Part shown: positions 56,345-64,000 of the stretch, in pieces | How the letters are laid out: each line of letters opens with the position of its first letter | Numbering within the stretch: position 1 is the stretch's first letter | Assembly (NCBI GenBank): GCA_951406725.2 | Contig: OX597814.1 | Location: 208,320,001 to 208,384,000, forward strand | Direction: 5' to 3' | Length of the DNA: 64,000 bases | From: Octopus vulgaris | Lineage: Eukaryota | Notes under the pieces: generated by a model | Told to the model about the DNA's origin: nothing | The model's database searches: none | The model's input: the letters and a program-made list of their open reading frames with translations, nothing else | Program-made: the position numbers and the translations under genes

Positions 56345-56720
56345 TTACATATATTGTTGTATTTCGGAATGGTCATTTAGCCAGTTTAGCCAATAAAAAC
56401 ACACGCACTATATATTTGGTGTTACTTTGCTTCAGTGTTATTTATTTTTTTACATTAAACTTAATCGTATTTCGGCCAGAGTTCTTTCGTCACACTCCTG
56501 TGACCGCATCAGTGGTCCTTTGCTTTCTTCTTTCTTATTTGTGTGTCTCTCCTTACCAACCATCAGCCATTTTGTATTTCTATTGTCTGTGTCTTCATTT
56601 GTGCATGCGTATATCTCTATGTGCATATATGTTCTCTGAAGCATCTGAACCATTCCTGAGAAAAGACATATTCCATTGTCGTTTTAGTATTTGCTTCTTC
56701 CGAAGGCCACAACAATTTTC
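56345..56720 (-). mobile_element. Penelope-like pLTR fragment abutting (TA)n
   Basis: Hammerhead motif ~130 nt from the TA junction; far boundary uncertain. Confidence 0.45.
56476..56515 (-). ncRNA. Minimal hammerhead-like motif (CUGAUGC core)
   Basis: cca CUGAUGC g gucac-aggagu-gugac GAAA GAAC UC ugg. Confidence 0.5.
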
Positions 56721-57061
56721 ATTTTTTGTGCATTTGTGCATTTGTTCAGATAACAATGAGAAAAATAAATGCACAAAAGTGAGACACCCAGCCATACATT
56801 TACCACTACACCCAGCCAATACTATCACCCCAGAATATCAAATCAGGTTTTTCCTGTAGATGACAGAGTGGGAGAGAGGACAAATGCCATAATGCAAGAC
56901 ATTCTAGAGAGATTGAGAGTAGAGGAACTGGTGAAAGGAAATTGATATGAGTCTAAATCATAAAAAAGAAATTGTATGATGTGACACAAGTAGTGTTGCA
57001 ATAGAAGTCATTCTGGAAATAGAAGTTAAGGTGGGGCTTGAAACATGTCTTATGGATGGAA

Positions 57062-57440
57062 GCACTCTGTCGGTTACGACGGCGAGGGTTCCTGTTGATC
57101 CGATCAACGGAACAGCCTGCTCGTGAAATTAACGTGTAAGTGGCTGAGCACTCTATAGACACGTGTACCCTTAACGTAGTTCTCGGGGATATTCAGCGTG
57201 ACACAGAGAGTGACAAGGCCGGCCCTTTGAAATACAGGTACAACAGATACAGGAAGTAAGAGTGAGAGAAAGTTGTGGTGAAAGAGTACAGCAGGGATCA
57301 CCACCACCCCCTGCCGGAGCCTCGTGGAGCTTTAGGTGTTTTCGCTCAATAAACACTCATAACGCCCGGTCTGGGAATCGAAACCGCGATCCTACGACCG
57401 CGAGTCCGCTGCCCTAACCACTGGGCCATTGCGCCTCCAC
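57062..57440 (-). mobile_element. SINE family C, full length
   Basis: CpG-rich young copy; direct repeat aacatgtctt on both flanks. Confidence 0.88.
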
Positions 57441-57867
57441 AACATGTCTTGAGAAGAAGGATGATTGCAGCTACATCAATGTTGCGGAGCTAGATGTTAT
57501 GTTGAATGGCATAAATCTAGCATGGAGATGGGATTGCACACCATTGAGATTCAAACTGATTGAACCGTGGTATGTGGATGGGTAGGATTAGGGACCACCG
57601 GTCAGAAGAGAATATGACTGGCAGGGGCCTCTCAATTAACTCTCCCTTCCTCACCTGGCATCAGTTCCCCGTTTGCTTCCAGACAGACCCCTAAGCTATT
57701 CCCTTCTGGTTGCCTGATATCTTTGAAACCAAACAGCTACAAGAAGCTACTCAATTAGCAGGAATAGTCATCATTGGACATAAAAGGTTAAGGAAAGGTT
57801 GTATATGAGAAGGTTGTATATTAATGAATAAAAATTGTTGTACATATACGTACATGTGTAAGTCAAC

Positions 57868-57919
<52 letters not shown>

Positions 57920-58023
57920 AAGGTACAAATAGTTGTATTAATGATAGCATTAGTTCTGTAATTAAAACAAATTTTCTAAGCATAATTAAATAAAAATTTG
58001 TAAGTATAAATAATAAAAATAGA

Positions 58024-58062
<39 letters not shown>

Positions 58063-59382
58063 AAGCTGTTTGAACATAAATAACAATAATAATAATAAGA
58101 AGAAGAATAGCAAGAACAATAACAATAATAATAATGAGAAATATATTTATATTCAGTTAAATGTAAAATATATTTCTGCGCATTTCCATTAGTAATGTAT
58201 GTGAAAAAAAAATGTTAAAAAGAACTTTCCAGAATAACTAGCTGAAATTTGTTAAAAGATTATTATAAATAAATGGATAAAATATGGTATTAATTGAATG
58301 ATGATGGAAACATGATTGTTTTACCTTCAGTTTCTTGTCTCAATCAAAAAAAACAGGATTCCCTGTTCTGTAAAATGGAAGTATTGTATTTACATAACCA
58401 GGATTCTCATTTTGCATGAGTAAATTTGTAGGAGTAAATTAAGAAAATTAATATTCAGGAAAATAAAACTTAAAAACCTTGGTACATAATACATTAGCAT
58501 TGAATCTTCTTAGAAAGAGAGATGAATTTATATTAGGATTTCACTAAGTAATTGAAAAAAAAAAAGTTAATGTATACATGTATATATATAGACATACATA
58601 CACAATTATTTATACAATCATAGGCATAAACTTATATGCCTTTATATACAAATATACATACACAATGCACTAGATGCACAGATGCACAGATATATATATC
58701 TTACATATCGCAACCACACATATTCACATACTAATTCTTAATGAGCAGAACAAGTATGAAATTTCAAATATCTATTCATGAAATATACTACAACCAAGTA
58801 TAGACTGTTGTGTTTATAAGACCAAAACCTATGCACATATACAGATTCACATCAGTATATATACAGACACGGAATGTCTACATATACATTAATATTTCAA
58901 ATACATGACAGTAATACAAAAACATCCATTTAAAACTTACTAAACTTACTAATTCATGAACAAACAACTTCATTTTGTTTTCTACTTTGACATATATACT
59001 AATGACCCCACTTCAGTTACTAGTACATTTCTATCAAAAGTTCTCCAAGAATCTGTTATTCCTGGAAATATATTTACTCTGTTTTTATAAATTAACATGA
59101 TAAGAACTGGTGAAGAGCTAAAATACTCCTCTGCACATTTTTTTAATTAGCAATCTCTCATTTGTTATCTATTTTCATCCAGGCAGACTGTAACATTTGA
59201 GAATTAAACATCCTGAACATGGACACAATACAGTGACAATAACTAAATCTGAACCATGCCTCATTCATCTGTTGTCCAGATTCTCTCACACAAGTGACAG
59301 ACAAAATAATTTTTCCTTCAAAGCAACAAATATACAAACAGAAAAAGGGGTAATAGAAGAATGACTAAGTACTATAAATGTC

Positions 59383-59900
59383 TTACCTTTTGCTATAAAG
59401 TACCATTTCTTTGTGGACAGCCATTCTGAAAAGTGTCTTTTTGGTACCTTTATTTAATTGAAGCTTCTCCGGGTCATTGATAAAATCTTCTGTTTCTCGA
59501 ATAATGCCGGCTTGCAGTGTGTTCATCTCCTTAAGCCACTTATCTGATTCCCGACCTTTCGTGCCACAACTTAGATACACACGTTCATGTTCCTCAAACA
59601 AAGGTGTGCTGCGATCAACTCTCCGACGAAACCTTGGGATACATTTAGCTGGATCTTCAGAACCAAAATTTGGGGATTTTGTGCTTGCACCAATATTAGC
59701 CCCATCGGTGAAAACAAAGGGTTTAAATATAGAGAAAACAGGATCAGGTGTTCCGGTTAGCCAATGGCAAGAAGCTAATGGTGAGCCAGGTGGACGGATA
59801 AAGGAAACGTGTGAGCTCATTGTACGAAATACTCCTTTCATATTAATCCCACTCGGTTCGTCTTTTAGAATGCTGATCATATCAGCAACACAGAATCGTT
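59383..59900 (-). CDS. SCRN: Secernin-family (peptidase C69-like) C-terminal coding exon
   Basis: Acceptor ttattcccttttcag at 59901; phase-1 exon reads xRFCVADMISILKDEPSGINM..FRTMSSHVS..CHWLTGTPDPVFSIFKPFVF..SPNFGSEDPAKCIPRFRRRVDR..LFRMAVHKEMVLY, matching secernin motifs (ILRD.SGICM, TATPDPSRSVFKPFIF, DP...PRFQ..VDRRH). Paralogue number cannot be assigned. Confidence 0.9.
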
Positions 59901-59961
59901 CTGAAAAGGGAATAATAAAGGGAAAGTATATTTATTTCTAGCTCTTATTTAATTTTTTAAT

Positions 59962-59975
59962 CTGATGATGATGAC

Positions 59976-60020
<45 letters not shown>

Positions 60021-60046
60021 GACGATGAAGATGATGATGATGATGA

Positions 60047-60114
<68 letters not shown>

Positions 60115-60122
60115 ATTTTGAT
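59962..60122. repeat. (GAT)n microsatellite in secernin intron
   Basis: Direct inspection. Confidence 0.95.
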
Positions 60123-60272
60123 GATCACAAGAAACAGACAGCACACAATCACACACATGCACACACAAACACACACAAACACACACACACACAAGCACAC
60201 ACACAAGCACACACACTCATGCATACACAAACTCGTGCACATTCACACATTTATTTGTTGGTTCATTTTACA

Positions 60273-60531
60273 CAGTGGTTCTCAACTGGGGTCCATACGG
60301 ACCCTGGGGAATCCATCTGAGATGTTGTTGTTGTTAAAGTTTATGTTCAATGAATTGGCTATGCTTCTGTATTACACAAAATATTTTAACGATTTATTTT
60401 ATACAACTCCTAATAATATTTAATTATAAAAATACTGTAGAATTTTTCAAACATTGAATATTTATGAGGGTCCACTCAAGTAAAATTGGAACCAGAGGGG
60501 TTCATAGGCAAAAAATGGTTGAGAACCACTA
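60273..60531. mobile_element. hAT (Charlie-like) MITE
   Basis: TIR CAGTGGTTCTCAAC / GTTGAGAACCACTA. Confidence 0.78.
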
Positions 60532-61189
60532 TTGTTAAATTTTAACATGATATAATGTTGATCTGACTTGACTGACGAGTTAATTTACAATGTTCGTTTG
60601 TAAGTTCCAATTTATTTTTGACTGTTTTTTTAAACATATATATATATATAATATTAGGTTAGTTTTTCTCAGCTGACAGGCATTTGTGTCTAATGAACTT
60701 ATCATTAGTACAATATTCCATCCCAATGCAGCGGACCTCTTCTATTTTTCCATAGTGGCATGTATTAGACAGGAAGTTACCCGAGGCAAGATTTTACAGC
60801 CTGATGCTCTCCCTGTTGCCAACACTTACTTGCTGTTCAAATAAGGGATGGGACTTTATAATAATCCAAATACCCTCAAAAGTATTGAACAACTGGTCAT
60901 AATGTTAACAAAGAATGTTAGCACCATCATCTTTTTTGTATTACAAGTGACAAATATAGAATACCAATTCTCATGCGCATTTTGTCAGCTGAGTGTATTG
61001 GAGCAATATGAAATTAAATGTTTTGCTCAAGAACACAACATCTGGCACAGTCCACGAATTGAAACCACAATCTTGCAGTCAGAGGGTAACCCCAAAGTCA
61101 CATGCCTCCACACACACATACACGTGTGTATGTATGTGTGCATGAATGCATATGTATATAAGTATGTGTGTGTATATATATATATATAG

Positions 61190-61551
61190 AAAACAGATAG
61201 AACATGCTTTCTGTGTTATGTCCCAAGAAGATTTTATATATTTTTATATATTTTTATATATTTTTATGTATTTTTATATAATTTTTATGACGAAAAATGC
61301 GAGCGATGTATAAGTACGCAGGCAAAGCAGAGTTATAACAGAGTAATTTCCTTTTATTTAACGGTATTTTTTCATAACGTTTTCAAATAGCCAGATAACC
61401 GAAGAGATGGTGTTGTGGATTTCCACTTCGGCATCTGAAACTCAGAGTTTTATCTTGACTACCGAGTAATGTAACATATTGTATAGATAAATTTCCTCTA
61501 TTTACATAATATTGAGGTCTCTTTCTTTCTTTTGTTATCTTACCGTTTTAT

Positions 61552-61553
<2 letters not shown>
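61190..61553 (+). mobile_element. TA-flanked Penelope-like pLTR fragment
   Basis: Unique insert between TA runs carrying a hammerhead motif ~100 nt from the right junction. Confidence 0.55.
61393..61455 (+). ncRNA. Type I hammerhead motif, CCGAAGA core
   Basis: agauaa CCGAAGA gaug..gugga-uu-uccac..cauc u GAAA CUC-A-GAG UU uuaucu: 6-bp stem I, extended stem II, near-palindromic stem III, GUU site. Confidence 0.65.
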
Positions 61554-61649
<96 letters not shown>

Positions 61650-61658
61650 GTGTGTGTG

Positions 61659-62037
61659 TGGAGGCGCAATGGCCCAGTGGTTAGGGCAGTGGACACACGA
61701 TCATAGGATTATGGTTTCGATTCCCAGACCGGGCGTTGTGAGTGTTTATTGAGTGAAAACACCTAAAGCTCCACGAGGCCCCAGCAGCAGGTGGTGGTGA
61801 ACTCTGCTGTATTCTTTCCAAACAATTTTCTCTCACTCTTTCTTCCTGTTTCTCTTGTACCTGTATTGCAAAGGGCGAGCCTTGTCACACTCTGTATTAC
61901 ACTGAATCTCTCTGAGAACTACGTTAAGAGTACACATGTCTGTGGAGTGCTCAGCCACTTGCACATTAATTTCACGAGCAGGCTGTTCCATTGATCGGAT
62001 CAACAGGAACTCTTATCGTCATAACCGACGGAGTGCC
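61659..62037 (+). mobile_element. SINE family C, full length
   Basis: Reverse complement of 57062-57440 with divergence. Confidence 0.87.
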
Positions 62038-62816
62038 ACGTATATATATATATATATACACATACGCACACATACACACACATACACACATGCCTACATA
62101 CACACATGCATATATGTGCTTGTGCAGGAAAACATGCACGTGCATACACAAACACACACACAGTGAGAGAAAGAGAGATAATTGGTATTTCCTTCTTTTC
62201 AGCATTTCTGTATGAAAATTTCTATTAATTTTCTTGGAAAACAATTATTGCTCTAAATTACTCATTGCTTATTAAATATAATTTTCGTGTTTGTTTCATG
62301 AAAATATAATTTTCACAAGGATATCATAAATATCAAAATACTATTGCAATATTCATATTAAGAAGAAAGGGAAAAATATTTTTCCAGGATGAATTATTTT
62401 ACATTTTCAATTATTAGATTATTGTTGAGTGTTGGGCCTCATGGAGGCAGAGTGACTGAGTTCCTTTTATAGAACTGTGCACTTTGGCTGCTGTGTGCAT
62501 GCTCACATGTCCTAGATAGGAAGCTTCATGCTAGGGAGAGAGAGCACTGTCGTTCAAACAGTGCTGGTGCAAGGTAGTGTTTCTTTTTGAAACTCGTGTG
62601 TTGTGTTGTGCTTAAAAGTGTGTTTATATTCTTGAATGATAAAATGTAGAATTAGATTATTATCTTGCTTCCAGCTTCAGTGTTGCTGCCAGGATTTGAA
62701 AAATAGGGTAGATTTTCCCCCCTTAGTTTGTGATTTAGGGGGCAAAAAGATGAAAGGCACAACTGACTTCAGCAGAATTTGAACCCAGAACATGAAGATG
62801 GACAAAATGCCCCTAA

Positions 62817-63228
62817 GCGCAGGAGTGGCTGTGTGGTAAGTAGCTTGCTTACCAACCACATGGTTCTGGGTTCAGTCCCACTGCATGACATCTTGGGCAA
62901 GTGTCTTCTGCTATAGCCCCGGGTTGACCAATGCCTTGTGAGTGAATTTGGTAGACGGAAACTGAAAGAAGCCCATCGTATATATGTATATATATATATA
63001 TATGTGTGTGTGTGTATGTGTTTGTGTGTCTGTGTTTGTCCCCCCAACATTGCTTGACAACCGATGCTGGTGTGTTTATGTCTCTGTAACTTAGCGGTTT
63101 GGCAAAAGAAACCGATAGAATAAGTACTGGGCTTACAAAGAATAAGTCCCGGGGTCGATTTGCTCATCTAAAGGCGGTGCTCCAGCATGGCCACAGTCAA
63201 ATGACTGAAACAAGTATAAGAGTATAAG
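62817..63228 (+). mobile_element. SINE family A nested in a decayed family B copy
   Basis: Family B sequence resumes on both sides. Confidence 0.85.
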
Positions 63229-63606
63229 CATTTTTCCCTGCATGCTAACAATTCTGCCACCTCAAGGCCTTTATATACACCTACTTATTAATTCTACATC
63301 AATATATATAATTCTAGTTTTGTACGAAAATAAATCTGAGAAAATACCCAGATGAAAACAAGTGCAGGATTGCTAATTTTGACCTATTTGTGTCTCATTC
63401 TGCTTCAGTGCTATATGAGCAATATTAGATTTTTTTTTCCCAATTAGATATTTTATATATTCATCAACATCCATCAATATCAGTTTGTTTGAGACGGTAG
63501 TCATCTTTCTGACTACAACATTGTCTAGATAAAGTCTAAAAATATAATTGTATACAGAATTAATTCTTGTAATCAATGGTTTTGTTCCATATATTTTCTT
63601 CACATA

Positions 63607-64000
63607 TTCTCTTTACTCTTTTACTTGTTTCAGTCATTTGACTGCGGCCATGCTGGAGCACCGCCTTTAGTCAAGCAAATCGACCCCGGGACTTATTCTT
63701 TGTAAGCCCAGTACTTATTCTATCTTTTGCCGAACCGCTAAGTGACGGGGACATAAACACACCAGCATCGGTTGTCAAGCAATGCTAGAGGGACAAGCAC
63801 AGACACACAAACATATACATACACATACATACATATACATATATACGACAGGCTTCTTTCAGTTTCCGTCTACCAAATCCACTCACAAGGCATTGGTCGG
63901 CCCGAGGTTATAGCAGAAGACACTTGCCCAAGATGCCACACAGTGGGACTGAACCCAGAACCATGTGGTTGGTAGGCAAGCTACTTACCACACAGCCACT
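63607..64000 (-). mobile_element. SINE family A (cut by window end)
   Basis: Similarity to other copies. Confidence 0.87.

Noticed and set aside
59938-60423. Poly-His/Met/Ile ORFs
   Set aside because: (GAT)n repeat in the intron upstream of the secernin acceptor
61659-61735. tRNA-like sequence with A/B boxes (also other SINE heads)
   Set aside because: Continues into SINE body; no intact cloverleaf evident
63373-63603. 76-aa minus-strand ORF as upstream secernin exon
   Set aside because: No secernin motifs; begins at a SINE tail

Overview
AT-rich, repeat-dense eukaryotic (animal) genomic DNA. The SINE families and very long (TA)n/(CA)n microsatellites point to an octopus/coleoid cephalopod (inference). 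Two protein-coding genes are partly visible and converge: the intronless 1.38-kb terminal coding exon of AIFM1 (+, 7495-8878) and a secernin-family exon (-, 59383-59900) whose stop codon overlaps a strong splice donor and may splice to a candidate terminal exon ~40 kb away (19551-19392). The rest is intron/UTR/intergenic DNA filled with tRNA-headed SINEs, RTE-LINE fragments, piggyBac-, Tc1/mariner- and hAT-type MITEs, two Helitrons and microsatellites. The most notable signal is a set of five sequence-unrelated Penelope-like inserts that each abut (TA)n and carry a minimal type I hammerhead-ribozyme motif 100-170 nt from that junction; two of them share a non-canonical CCGAAGA core. Three are fold-back palindromes, the largest with 569-bp near-perfect arms around a GIY-YIG fragment. 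Most ORFs in the supplied track are microsatellite or SINE artefacts. All calls were made by eye; no database search or folding was run.
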